Source of the DNA: Candidatus Uhrbacteria bacterium
GTDB lineage: Bacteria; Patescibacteriota; Patescibacteriia; UBA9934
Direction: 5' to 3'
Length of the DNA: 64,000 nucleotides
NCBI GenBank assembly: GCA_943359325.1
Contig: CALRHD010000004.1
Span: 5,836 to 69,835, forward strand
The position numbers were made by a program, and so were the translations under genes. Positions 17,481 to 27,258 of this stretch are shown here, one piece after another (position 1 is the first letter of the stretch; every line of letters begins with the position of its first letter). The notes under the pieces were generated by a model, which saw nothing but the letters and a program-made list of their open reading frames with translations, searched no databases and was not told where the DNA came from.

Positions 17481-18707
17481 ATGAACACGCCGCTCAACAT
17501 TCCACTGAACGCCGCCCCCGCAACCCGTCGTGATACACGTCGGGTTGTTTCGGTTGTGTGTGGCGTTATTATTGGCGTATTGCTCGGCGTATTGATCTTC
17601 CGTGCGCCGTTTGCCACAAGCACAACGCTTTCGCTTGCTCCACTTCACACCATCGCAACACTGCGTATCCTCAAAACGCACGCAACAGAACGTATCATCT
17701 CCACACATCTCGGCATTCAACCACTGTTCCCAGGAAGTGTGTTGACGTGGGCCGATGCAATGAGCGCTGCAAAGAGTGAAATTGCTGTCTATGTACTCGA
17801 AGATGGTTCTTTTGCCTTTGGTGTCGACGCACTATTACCGCAGGCTATCGCATCAAAAGCATCGGAATATGATCTTCACGTCCGAGAAATCGGAAATACG
17901 AGTCTCATCGGTTCAAAAAAAACCATATTCCCCACAACACCAAATGCAACACTCGTCGTTTCTTCACTCCTCCCGTGGCATCAGGGTGAAGTCGTCGAGA
18001 ATGGCCGTCGGCACAGTATTGCCGTCACCCGCAAAGGAATCACACTTCGTGGCAGTGGATTCGTTGCGGAGAAGGGCCGTGCAACTGTTCCGACTGGCTC
18101 ACATGTACGCGCTCACCTTTCGCTCCCTGCCGATGCAAACAGCATTCCCGAAGAACTCATACCCCTTGCCATTGCTCCACTCGGCAGTTTTCTCGATCAT
18201 TTTATCGAAAACGGTGGTGAGATCACTCTTTTTGACGATGCGAACAGCGAAGGGTTCTCTCTTACCACAAAAACAGGCGACATGACACAGGAAGACCTTG
18301 CCGCAGCAGGCAAAGATATTATAAACAGGCGACGTTTGTCTACGCGTGTGTTGACAAACGTCGACGGAACACGTTACTCGGAGATCTATAGCGACAGCAC
18401 AAACATTATCGTTGACATACGCGCAGAAGAAAACTTTAGCCTCATAACACTCACAGATGACACGGGGGCTACAATCCGCATGACACGGACACCGAGCACT
18501 ATTACCATCGCAAATAGTAAAATTAGCATTGAAAAAGGCGAGCAAATCTACTCTTCTTGCCTACGAAGTGCACACACATGGATGCAAACTTCACTCCTCA
18601 ACGACACACCGCTCGTTACCAACGAAAGCAGCGATGCACTTCTTGTGTTCACAAAAATGTTCTCCGAGGTCGCATTCAATGACCGCAACGCGCGCTTCTG
18701 TTGGTAA
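17481..18707 (+). CDS. Hypothetical membrane-anchored protein
   Basis: About 408 aa, single N-terminal TM, starts 5 nt after the pnp stop. Confidence 0.7.
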   Translation: MNTPLNIPLNAAPATRRDTRRVVSVVCGVIIGVLLGVLIFRAPFATSTTLSLAPLHTIATLRILKTHATERIISTHLGIQPLFPGSVLTWADAMSAAKSEIAVYVLEDGSFAFGVDALLPQAIASKASEYDLHVREIGNTSLIGSKKTIFPTTPNATLVVSSLLPWHQGEVVENGRRHSIAVTRKGITLRGSGFVAEKGRATVPTGSHVRAHLSLPADANSIPEELIPLAIAPLGSFLDHFIENGGEITLFDDANSEGFSLTTKTGDMTQEDLAAAGKDIINRRRLSTRVLTNVDGTRYSEIYSDSTNIIVDIRAEENFSLITLTDDTGATIRMTRTPSTITIANSKISIEKGEQIYSSCLRSAHTWMQTSLLNDTPLVTNESSDALLVFTKMFSEVAFNDRNARFCW

Positions 18708-18710
18708 CTA

Positions 18711-18782
18711 TGTGGATAACATGAGTTTTCCACACAAGTTATCCACAGGCATACACCAAATTTATGCCAATATTTATCCACA
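18711..18782. promoter_or_regulatory. DnaA-box cluster (3 perfect plus 1 near-perfect)
   Basis: TGTGGATAA 18711, TTTTCCACA 18726, TTATCCACA 18739 and 18774. Confidence 0.8.
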
Positions 18783-19329
18783 GTTGAACATCTACTCAAT
18801 GTTTGCAGGGCTTGCGTGCTGTTTACAATAGTTGTTCAGCAAACTATACTTATTACGTGATTCACTTCACACCTGTTCATTCCACAAATCCTACGAATCC
18901 CAAGAAGCAATTGGGACTGACATAGGGGAGGTTTCCGAAGCCCCCACGCACTGTGCTTCGGAGAACACCTCACTGCTGTACTCTTCAAGTGCACGGCGCC
19001 AGGGGGAACTCGGCTGAGCCGAAGCTGCACCACGCACGCGAGGAAACCCAAGTAAGGGTAGAGCAGGTCGTCAACGCAGTCGCTGTTGACGCCGAAGGGA
19101 CGTTGCGTCGCCTTGTTATGCACCGCATGACACGGCAACCCAACGCCCCAAACCGGTGTCCAAACACTGCCCATCTCGGGCGCAGACCATTCCGATCGAG
19201 GAAAGGGATATATTCTATCCATCTTTCATTCTGGCTTCATTGCCTTACTCCTCCATCGCACGTCGGTTTGCGCCTTTTCTTTTTCCCACGATTTGCTATA
19301 GTGCGAAGACGATACATCTTTTTCCATAT

Positions 19330-19701
19330 ATGAACGCAAAACTTCTCAGGGAACTTCGCGCCATGCTGGACTCGGAACGCCTCAAACTCCAAAATGAGCT
19401 CGACAATATTGCACGCCGCGGAAAGTCTTCCGACGGTACTTTTGCGACAGACTTTCCGTCACACGGCGATAAAGAAGACGAAAATGCCGCGGAAGTAGCT
19501 GAGTTCAGCGACAACCTCTCATTGAGCAGCGAACTTGAGTCTGCCATGAAAGACATCGTTTCCGCCATAAAAGCAATGGAGAACGGCACTTACGGCAAAT
19601 GTAAATATTGCCAGCAGGTTATTGATGTACAACGCCTCATGGCACGCCCAACATCAACGTCGTGTATTGCATGTAAAAAGACCCTCACTCAGGAAGTATA
19701 G
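19330..19701 (+). CDS. TraR/DksA C4 zinc-finger protein
   Basis: Coiled coil plus GTYGKCKYC...RLMARP...CIAC. Confidence 0.9.
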   Translation: MNAKLLRELRAMLDSERLKLQNELDNIARRGKSSDGTFATDFPSHGDKEDENAAEVAEFSDNLSLSSELESAMKDIVSAIKAMENGTYGKCKYCQQVIDVQRLMARPTSTSCIACKKTLTQEV

Positions 19702-19702
19702 T

Positions 19703-20164
19703 GTGAAATTTTCATACGCCGTCTTCATATGTGTCACCGCGTTGGTCGTGGCGCTTGTCGACGGCGTTTTGAAATTCGCTGCTATCCGCACATTCCCAAG
19801 TGATAATACACCGCTCAATCCTATTTTTGATCTCGCGCTCCACAAAAACCCTGGCATTGTCTTTGATCTCAATATTCCGCTCTCAATCATCCTTCCTATC
19901 ACCGCCGTACTCTGCATTGCGCTCTTACACCAAGCCTGGACGCTTCAAAAAACCTCACCGCTCTCTGCTGCGTCGCTCGTCGTCATTGTCATTGGCGCAC
20001 TCGGCAATGCTGTCGACCGTATGGTCAATGGATTTACCACAGATTACCTCATATTTTTTCGCCTCACCGCAATCAACCTGTCAGATATCCTCATCCTCGC
20101 TGGTATCGTTTTATATTTCATCTATAATAAGGGGAGACTCCCCACGATAGGCGCAAATTTTTAA
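19703..20164 (+). CDS. lspA: Signal peptidase II
   Basis: NPGIVF, GALGNAVDR, TDY and NLSD motifs; multiple TM helices. Confidence 0.85.
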   Translation: MKFSYAVFICVTALVVALVDGVLKFAAIRTFPSDNTPLNPIFDLALHKNPGIVFDLNIPLSIILPITAVLCIALLHQAWTLQKTSPLSAASLVVIVIGALGNAVDRMVNGFTTDYLIFFRLTAINLSDILILAGIVLYFIYNKGRLPTIGANF

Positions 20165-20188
20165 ATCACTCCCCGTACTAATTTGTGT

Positions 20189-21715
20189 ATGGGATCATTT
20201 TGCGTTTCCGCAGCAGCCGTTCTTGGGCTTTCTGCAAAAACTGTTACTGTAGAAGCAGACATTACATCGGGCTTGCCCAAATTCCTCGTTGTCGGACTCC
20301 CCGACACGGCGATTAATGAATCACGGGAGCGCGTGCGCGCGGCAATAAAAAACAGTGGGCTACCGTTTCCACGAACGCACATCACCGTAAACCTCGCGCC
20401 TGCAGACATTCGCAAACAAGGCCCTGCGTACGATCTTGCAATTGCCATAGCACTCTTGGCGTCGCACGGACACTTCGAAAATAGCGTACCACTCACACGT
20501 TACGTCTTTTTCGGCGAGCTTTCCCTCGACGGGAGGCTGCGCCCTGTGCGAGGCGCGCTCCTCGCCGCAATGATGGCGAAACGAGAAGGGTTTGCAGGAA
20601 TCATTGTCGCCGAAGAGAATGCAAACGAAGCCTCACTTGTCGAAGGTCTCGCGGTGTTCCACGCAAAAACATTACTTGAGGTGGTTACAGCATTTGTTGA
20701 CGGTACGGAACCCGCGCAATACATCCGCAAAGAAAAAGAGGACTCGGTACAGAGCTATGAACACGACTTTGCACACATCAGGGGTCAAGAAAATGTGAAG
20801 CGAGCGGTAGAAATTGCGGCAGCGGGCGGTCACAACATTCTTCTCTCGGGCTCACCGGGGTCAGGAAAAACAATGCTTGCACGTGCATTGCCATCTATCC
20901 TACCTGACCTTTCGTTCGAAGAGGCGCTCGAAGTCACCATGATTCACTCCGTAGCAGGCATTGTCGACACGCATGATGCGCTCGTGCACACCCGACCGTT
21001 CCGTTCACCGCATCATACAAGTTCTGGTATTGCGCTTGTGGGTGGCGGCACGTGGCCGCGCCCAGGAGAAATTTCGCTTGCACATCGCGGTGTGTTATTC
21101 CTTGATGAATTCCCCGAGTTCTCACGCAACGTCCTTGAAAATCTCCGTCAGCCCCTTGAAGACGGTGTAATAACCGTTGCGCGCGCTGCAGGGAGCTTGG
21201 AATTTCCCGCACGCTTCATGCTCATTGCTGCGATGAATCCATGCCCCTGCGGCTACCTTCACGACACCATTCGTCCCTGCGTCTGCACACCAAACCAGAT
21301 CATGAAGTACCAACAACGTATCTCCGGACCGCTCCTCGACCGCATTGACTTGGCGTGTGACGTTCCGCGTGTAGAATTTGAAAAACTCACCGGCACAACA
21401 GCAAGTGAGATGTCATGCGACATTCGCCTTCGCGTGCAGCAAGCGCGCGATCGCCAGCTTGCACGCAGCGGCGTCACAAAAACAAAAACAAATGCAGAAC
21501 TTCGTCCACCGCACCTTCTCACCGCGTGTCAGCTGAACGAAGAGTGTATGGCGCTGCTCCGCCAAGCCGTTGACCGCCTCGGCCTTTCCGCTCGCGCCTA
21601 CACGCGCGTCTTACGTGTTGCCCGAACAATCGCCGACTTGGCCGCAAGCAACGTCGTTCTCCTCGCTCACGTCGCCGAAGCGCTCCAATATCGCCCCCGT
21701 GTTGCCGCAGCGTAG
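20189..21715 (+). CDS. comM: YifB/ComM Mg-chelatase-like ATPase
   Basis: VGLPD...ESRERV, GSPGSGKT, RPFRSPHHT, LFLDEFPEF, SGPLLDRID. Confidence 0.93.
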   Translation: MGSFCVSAAAVLGLSAKTVTVEADITSGLPKFLVVGLPDTAINESRERVRAAIKNSGLPFPRTHITVNLAPADIRKQGPAYDLAIAIALLASHGHFENSVPLTRYVFFGELSLDGRLRPVRGALLAAMMAKREGFAGIIVAEENANEASLVEGLAVFHAKTLLEVVTAFVDGTEPAQYIRKEKEDSVQSYEHDFAHIRGQENVKRAVEIAAAGGHNILLSGSPGSGKTMLARALPSILPDLSFEEALEVTMIHSVAGIVDTHDALVHTRPFRSPHHTSSGIALVGGGTWPRPGEISLAHRGVLFLDEFPEFSRNVLENLRQPLEDGVITVARAAGSLEFPARFMLIAAMNPCPCGYLHDTIRPCVCTPNQIMKYQQRISGPLLDRIDLACDVPRVEFEKLTGTTASEMSCDIRLRVQQARDRQLARSGVTKTKTNAELRPPHLLTACQLNEECMALLRQAVDRLGLSARAYTRVLRVARTIADLAASNVVLLAHVAEALQYRPRVAAA

Positions 21716-21727
21716 CAACAAAAATTC

Positions 21728-23059
21728 CTACCGAATATACTCAAGCGGATTTGAAAATTTTCCGTTCGCAATAACTTCGAAGTGGATGTGGGTGCCCGTT
21801 GATGTCCCTGTAGAACCACAACGGCCGATAGGTGTGCCTGCAGTAATTTGCTGGCCAGTTTGCACGTAGAGCGAATAGTGATGGCCGTAACGCGTCACCA
21901 AACCGTTTCCGTGATTGATTTCGACGACGTTGCCGTAACCGCGCTTCACCCCCGAAAACTGCACAATACCGTCGGCTGCGGCATAGTTATCGTTTGTGGA
22001 CGTGCCGTTGGCGTGACCGTTGCAGTCAATGTCCACACCCGTATGATACCAGCTCAAACCACGCACGATGTACGTCAAATCGGTCGGCCATACCATTTTG
22101 GTGCCGTTTGCGAGTTTTGGTGTTGATGTCGACGGCGTACCGCTAAAAATGCTCCCCACTGCACTCTTCCGGCTCACAGGTATTGGTGCCTTTATTTCGC
22201 CGCCCGGCACAATAACGCTCTGACTGACCTGCAGACCCTGCGCGTCGTCGATGTTGTTGTACGCAAGAATTTGATCCTCGGTGACACTATACTTTTTCGC
22301 GATCGCCGCAACGGTATCGCCGCGTTTGACGCTATGCACGACGCCAGAAACGGGAAGAATCTTCAACGACTGACCCGGTTTCACAATGGAACGCACAGAA
22401 AGACTGTTCGCCCAGAGAAGCGTATTCAAACTAATCCCATAGGACCCTGCGATCGTCGACAACGTATCGCCGTCTTTTACCGCATACTCCACAATCGCGT
22501 CACGCGGCGCAACACTCGCTCCGCTTTCGGAGATTGCAAGCGACGACAAACTCCCACCAACAACCGTCGCAGAAGATGCGTCAACGTCCTCGCCGCCTGC
22601 CGCAAGCGGAGCAGAAAGCACTCCTGCAGAAATGTACTTCACCGGCGTCGACTGCGTCACAACGTCGATATCAGCATATTCGTCGATAAGCTGCTCGGCA
22701 TTATTTGTGACCAAACCATACATAAGCGTCCGCTGGCCATATGTTTCCGCACGAACGTCAGCAAGCTGTAGATTGACCACACCTGCCGTCACCGCAATGC
22801 CAATAGCAACAACATGCAACATGTGGCGATTCGCCACCAGATACATAAGGCGGTTCTTCGCAGGGCGATACCAGTGCGAAAACCTACGGCGCACAGTGTA
22901 AAGAATGTGGTACGCGGGAATGACGATACGCGGCAGTGAAAAGCGCCAAACACCAAAAATCGGGCGAACGACCACACGGCCAACCACACGGCCGATCGCT
23001 TTTAGCCCCACGAGAGCACGAATGCCATGTAAACCTACGCGAACAAGGAGAGTTTTCAT
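21728..23059 (-). CDS. LysM-domain M23 family peptidoglycan endopeptidase
   Basis: Two LysM repeats; HTGVD, YGH and GTSTGTHIHFEV motifs. Confidence 0.92.
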   Translation of the reverse strand: MKTLLVRVGLHGIRALVGLKAIGRVVGRVVVRPIFGVWRFSLPRIVIPAYHILYTVRRRFSHWYRPAKNRLMYLVANRHMLHVVAIGIAVTAGVVNLQLADVRAETYGQRTLMYGLVTNNAEQLIDEYADIDVVTQSTPVKYISAGVLSAPLAAGGEDVDASSATVVGGSLSSLAISESGASVAPRDAIVEYAVKDGDTLSTIAGSYGISLNTLLWANSLSVRSIVKPGQSLKILPVSGVVHSVKRGDTVAAIAKKYSVTEDQILAYNNIDDAQGLQVSQSVIVPGGEIKAPIPVSRKSAVGSIFSGTPSTSTPKLANGTKMVWPTDLTYIVRGLSWYHTGVDIDCNGHANGTSTNDNYAAADGIVQFSGVKRGYGNVVEINHGNGLVTRYGHHYSLYVQTGQQITAGTPIGRCGSTGTSTGTHIHFEVIANGKFSNPLEYIR

Positions 23060-23147
23060 GCATCTCGCATTGTACGCCCAACGAGCGGCGTGGTCAAAAG
23101 AATTCTGGGCACAGAAAAATTTAATTTGGCTAAAAATAGCCAAAGAA

Positions 23148-23176
23148 TTGACATCAATTGTCAAGCTGCCTATACT
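23148..23176 (+). promoter_or_regulatory. Sigma70 promoter of tig (TTGACA-17-TATACT)
   Basis: Near-perfect consensus and spacing. Confidence 0.75.
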
Positions 23177-23199
23177 CCTGCCATCACTTTTTTCCTCTT

Positions 23200-24489
23200 A
23201 TGTCCCATACTTTTGAAAAATTGTCCGAGAACAAAGTAAAAATCACCGTCACCATTCCTGCGGCGGCTGTTACCGACGCGTGCATCGAGGCAGCTGAACA
23301 CATGAGTAAGGAGATGTCGTTTCCGGGATTTCGTCCGGGACATGCGCCATACGACGTCGTCAAGCAAAAAGTCGGCGAGATGGCTATTTTAGAACACGCA
23401 GTCGAAGAACTCGTACGCGAAACGTTTGTCGAGGCAATGCTTGCCGAAGATTTAGAGACTGTTGGCCAGCCATATTTCACCATGAGCAAACTTGCTCCTG
23501 GGAATGACGTTGTGTACACCGCGGAAATTTCCCTCATGCCTGACATCACAAAACTCGCGGACTACACAACACTTTCTGTGTCACGAAAAGACATTGAACC
23601 AAAAGAGGAGCTTGTTGCGCAGGCCGCAAAAGATTTACTCCGCATGCAAACGCGTGAAATTCGTGCAACAAAAGACTACACGCTTGCAAAAGGCGATAAG
23701 GCGGTCGTGCATTTGCACATGAAAAAAGACGGCGTGACGCTCGAAGGCGGCGAAAGTCAAAATCATGGTGTCTACACAAACGAGGCGCACTATATTCCGG
23801 GGTTTGTCGACGAGATTGTTGGCATGAAAGAGGGCGAGGAACGCACATTCACACTGAAATTTCCAGACGAACATTACCAAAAACACATTGCAGGGCAGAG
23901 CGTTGACTTTGTCGTAAAACTCAATGAGATTTTCACGCTTGAGTCGCCAGTTATTGACGATGCGTTCGCGAAGTCGCTTGGGCTTGCCTCGGCAAGCGAT
24001 GTCAATATCAAACTCCGCGAAAATCTTCGTACGGAAAATGCAGCCGAAGAAGAACGACGCCTCGAAAAAGCGGTACTCGACGCCATTGCGGACAAATCGA
24101 CGTTCGACACCATTCCCGATCTGCTTGTAAATCAAGAAATAGAAAAGATGTTGCGCGAGCTCGAATACCACATTGAGCAGCAAGGTGGAGAATTCAAGCA
24201 ATACCTCACACACATCGGCAAAACTTTGCCTGAACTCAAGCTCGACTTTGCCGCACCTGCATTGCAACGCGTAAAAATCGGGCTCGTACTGCGCAAAATT
24301 CAACACGAACAAAAGATTACCGTCGACGCCGCAGCAGTAGATGCAGAACTCGACAAAATGGCGGCAACATTCAAGGAAACCGACGACGCCCGCAAGGAAA
24401 TCTACGAACCACAATATCGTGACTACATTGAACGCCAGCTCGTGAACCGGAAAACGATTGAGATGCTAAAAATGGCGATGGTGAAATAA
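23200..24489 (+). CDS. tig: Trigger factor
   Basis: GFRPGHAP signature; FKBP-like YIPGFVDEIVG...FPDEHY. Confidence 0.95.
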   Translation: MSHTFEKLSENKVKITVTIPAAAVTDACIEAAEHMSKEMSFPGFRPGHAPYDVVKQKVGEMAILEHAVEELVRETFVEAMLAEDLETVGQPYFTMSKLAPGNDVVYTAEISLMPDITKLADYTTLSVSRKDIEPKEELVAQAAKDLLRMQTREIRATKDYTLAKGDKAVVHLHMKKDGVTLEGGESQNHGVYTNEAHYIPGFVDEIVGMKEGEERTFTLKFPDEHYQKHIAGQSVDFVVKLNEIFTLESPVIDDAFAKSLGLASASDVNIKLRENLRTENAAEEERRLEKAVLDAIADKSTFDTIPDLLVNQEIEKMLRELEYHIEQQGGEFKQYLTHIGKTLPELKLDFAAPALQRVKIGLVLRKIQHEQKITVDAAAVDAELDKMAATFKETDDARKEIYEPQYRDYIERQLVNRKTIEMLKMAMVK

Positions 24490-24496
24490 CGACATG

Positions 24497-24533
24497 AAAA
24501 TCGGAGGTCACAAATTGTGACCTCCGATTTTTT
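24497..24533 (+). terminator. Long palindromic hairpin after tig
   Basis: AAAATCGGAGGTCACAA-A-TTGTGACCTCCGATTTT followed by TT. Confidence 0.75.
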
Positions 24534-24552
24534 AGTGGTAAACTTGCGCTAT

Positions 24553-25065
24553 ATGAAGTCCGTCATCCCACACGAACGTATCGAGAGCCGAATTTACATC
24601 ATTCGTGGGGTAAAAGTGATGCTCGACCGCGATCTTGCAGGTCTTTATGGCGTAAAAACCATGGTGCTCAACCAGGCGGTACGAAGAAACATTGAAAGGT
24701 TTCCTGATGATTTCATGTTTCAACTTACTAAAGAAGAATTCATAAATTGGAAATCACAAATTGTGATATCCAAATCCGACCGTAAAGGCTTACGAAAGAC
24801 ACCTCTCGTCTTTACTGAACAAGGAGTCGCCATGCTTTCAAGTGTGCTAAAGAGTAGGCAAGCTGTTGCGATCAATGTTCAGATCATGCGCACATTTATG
24901 AGAATCCGTGACATGGTTCGGAGCGACGAGCAGCTTCTGCGCCGCCTCGACTACATGGAGCAGCATTACGATCAACAGTTTAAAATTGTTTTCGACGCAC
25001 TCCGCAGTATGTACACGAGTAAGGACGAGCCTTCAGAGATTGGTTTTAAGGCGAAAAAATCTTAA
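24553..25065 (+). CDS. ORF6N (KilA-N-like) domain DNA-binding protein
   Basis: IRGVKVMLDRDLA.LYGV.T..LNQAVRRN..RFP.DFMFQLT...FTEQGVAMLSSVL. Confidence 0.92.
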   Translation: MKSVIPHERIESRIYIIRGVKVMLDRDLAGLYGVKTMVLNQAVRRNIERFPDDFMFQLTKEEFINWKSQIVISKSDRKGLRKTPLVFTEQGVAMLSSVLKSRQAVAINVQIMRTFMRIRDMVRSDEQLLRRLDYMEQHYDQQFKIVFDALRSMYTSKDEPSEIGFKAKKS

Positions 25066-25076
25066 ATTAGGGCTCT

Positions 25077-25934
25077 ATGCGTTTTGGTGCACACGTGTCA
25101 GCGGCGGGAGGGCTTTGGAAGGCCGGACCAGCAGGGAAGGAACTGGGATGTGAAGTCATCCAAATATTTTCGCGTTCGCCACAAATGTTCCATGCAAAGC
25201 CCATTAGCAATGAAGACGCAGAAAAGTTTAAGGAGTCGATGAAAGAAAACGGCATCGAAGACGCCTATATTCATGCACCGTACATCGTGAACCTTGCGTC
25301 GGCGAAAAACACGACGCGTTTTGGTTCCGTAAAGATTCTCCGTGACGAATTGGAGCGCGGAACACAGCTTGGTGCAAAAGCGATCATGTTTCACCCCGGA
25401 TCAGCGAAGGAAGTCGGACAGGAAGCGGGTATTGAGGCCGTTATCAAAGGTCTCGATCGAATTCTCGATGGGTACGAGGGTTCATGCCAGCTCCTCATCG
25501 AAATCTCTGCTGGTGCTGGTGCGGTGATGGGAGATGCATTCGAAGAGATCGCTGCTTTCATCAACGGCGCAAAACGTGGAAAGGAAATCGGAGTCTGTTT
25601 TGATACCCAGCATGCGTTTGCCTCTGGATACGATCTTCGAACCAAAAAAGATGTCGACCAAACATTCGAAGACTTTGATCGCATAATCGGCCTCAAGAAG
25701 CTCGTCGCGTCACACTGCAACGATTCAAAGATAGAATTCGACGGCCACAAAGACCGCCACCAACACCTTGGGCACGGCTTCATTGGCGCGGACGCTTTCA
25801 AATTCATCGTCCACCACCCCAAACTCCAACACATCGACCTCATACTTGAAACACCGTTCGACGGCGAAGAAGAAAAGGGAAGTCGTGAAGAAGATATCGC
25901 GCTCTTAAAGAAATTTCGCAATGAAATGAAGTAA
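25077..25934 (+). CDS. nfo: Endonuclease IV
   Basis: GAHVS, HAPY.VNLAS, FHPGS, CFDT.H, NDSK and DRH motifs. Confidence 0.95.
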   Translation: MRFGAHVSAAGGLWKAGPAGKELGCEVIQIFSRSPQMFHAKPISNEDAEKFKESMKENGIEDAYIHAPYIVNLASAKNTTRFGSVKILRDELERGTQLGAKAIMFHPGSAKEVGQEAGIEAVIKGLDRILDGYEGSCQLLIEISAGAGAVMGDAFEEIAAFINGAKRGKEIGVCFDTQHAFASGYDLRTKKDVDQTFEDFDRIIGLKKLVASHCNDSKIEFDGHKDRHQHLGHGFIGADAFKFIVHHPKLQHIDLILETPFDGEEEKGSREEDIALLKKFRNEMK

Positions 25935-25935
25935 T

Positions 25936-26187
25936 GTGATTATCACGATTCACGTCAAACCCAACGCAAAAGTCACTAGGGTCGTCGGTGTGCTCGATGT
26001 CCGAACGTTTATTATTGCGCTTCATGCCCCTGCAACAGAAGGTAAAGCGAATGATGCGCTTATCACGTTTTTAAGTGAAGCGCTCGATATTGCAAAAACG
26101 TTTATCGTCATAAAACGCGGCCACGGCAGTCGCATAAAACAGATCGAAATCCCCGACGATACAAGCCTCGCCGCACTTCGTGGATAA
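25936..26187 (+). CDS. DUF167 (YggU-like) protein
   Basis: VKPNAK...APATEGKAN...G..SRIK. Confidence 0.88.
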   Translation: MIITIHVKPNAKVTRVVGVLDVRTFIIALHAPATEGKANDALITFLSEALDIAKTFIVIKRGHGSRIKQIEIPDDTSLAALRG

Positions 26188-26285
26188 CACTCTTGACGTG
26201 CGAGACGAAAGGGCTATCATGAAGATGAAGAGACTCCTCATCCTAGCGCCGTGGGATGAGGAGTCGTCTATTTTTTCGTCTTTTT

Positions 26286-26549
26286 TTACGGCAAATCTAC
26301 ACCACCTTTTGTAAACGGATGGCAACGGAGAATTCGATATACACCCTTTGAAGAACCGACGACAATACCGTTTTTCATGACCGCCTGTCGCGTAAATTCC
26401 GAACACGATGGATAAAATGGACAAAATCCGTGAGGGAACATTCCCTTCATGGGTCCGTGATCAAACGACAATGTTTTTTGGTACAGCTGAATCGGGGCGC
26501 AGTAACTTCGCCTTAGTAAGGACGCGCAAAAGTCTCGACTCTTTTTCAT
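26286..26549 (-). CDS. yidD: Membrane protein insertion efficiency factor YidD
   Basis: C.FYPSCS...RILRCHPF..GGVD; follows rnpA. Confidence 0.92.
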   Translation of the reverse strand: MKKSRDFCASLLRRSYCAPIQLYQKTLSFDHGPMKGMFPHGFCPFYPSCSEFTRQAVMKNGIVVGSSKGVYRILRCHPFTKGGVDLP

Positions 26550-26835
26550 GATAGTCGAGATCGATCGCAAGTTTTGACGTGAGAAGAAGGACGTCATAGC
26601 CGGGAAGGATACGTGGGAGAAAAAGGCGAATGATTTCTCGATATTGTCGCCGAACGCGGTTGCGGACAACTGCGCTTTTACTCACTTTTGTTCCCACGAC
26701 AACTGCAAAGCGCGAATGCTTTTGTTTGTTCGGCGTAACCTTCGCACCACACGCGTCGTCGAACACACTCAACTTTGCTCGAAGGGTGCGAGCAATATCC
26801 TGATCATGGCGAAGCCGGTGCTGCATGGTCAACAT
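26461..26835 (-). CDS. rnpA: Ribonuclease P protein component
   Basis: RFAVVVGTKVSKSAVVRNRVRR (RNR motif). Confidence 0.93.
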   Translation of the reverse strand: MLTMQHRLRHDQDIARTLRAKLSVFDDACGAKVTPNKQKHSRFAVVVGTKVSKSAVVRNRVRRQYREIIRLFLPRILPGYDVLLLTSKLAIDLDYHEKESRLLRVLTKAKLLRPDSAVPKNIVV

Positions 26836-26878
26836 AGAGGGAGTATACACAAAACCGCGCAAACGCGCGGCAGTGTGA

Positions 26879-27031
26879 TTATCGTGGGCGTGCAACAACT
26901 GTAAGACGCTTTCGACCCTTTGCGCGACGGCGCTTGAGTGTGGCGCGACCATCCTTTGTGAGCATCCGCTTTCGGAAGCCGTGCACCCTCGCACGAGCTC
27001 GCTTTTTTGGTTGATAGGTTCGCTTAGGCAT
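26879..27031 (-). CDS. rpmH: 50S ribosomal protein L34
   Basis: [23 protein letters not shown]. Confidence 0.97.
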   Translation of the reverse strand: MPKRTYQPKKRARARVHGFRKRMLTKDGRATLKRRRAKGRKRLTVVARPR

Positions 27032-27085
27032 AAAAGTAGAGTGAGTATAGGTCGCCCGCAAATAAATGTCAAAGTTTCTGCGTGT

Positions 27086-27182
27086 TGTGTACAAGTTCCG
27101 ACTTTATCCACATATTTTACCGAGTTATCCACAGTTACAATGATTTTAAGCAAAATTCTGTGGGGTTGAGGGGTGTGGATAT
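27086..27182. promoter_or_regulatory. DnaA boxes upstream of dnaA (oriC1-like / autoregulatory)
   Basis: TTATCCACA at 27104 and 27125; TGTGGATAT at 27174. Confidence 0.8.
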
Positions 27183-27258
27183 GTAGGCTATGATGTGCCC
27201 AGTCGTTGGAATGAGGTCGCTTTTTTTCGCGACCTAGCCATCGCGTACTCCGCCAATT

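Noticed and set aside
19222-19240. UGA readthrough / genetic code 25
   Set aside because: TGA ends dnaA, holA and other genes at expected lengths, and conserved genes have no internal TGA.
26193-26285. Small ORF after a promoter-like sequence downstream of DUF167
   Set aside because: Short, runs antisense into yidD and coincides with a terminator hairpin at about 26234-26266; no coding support.
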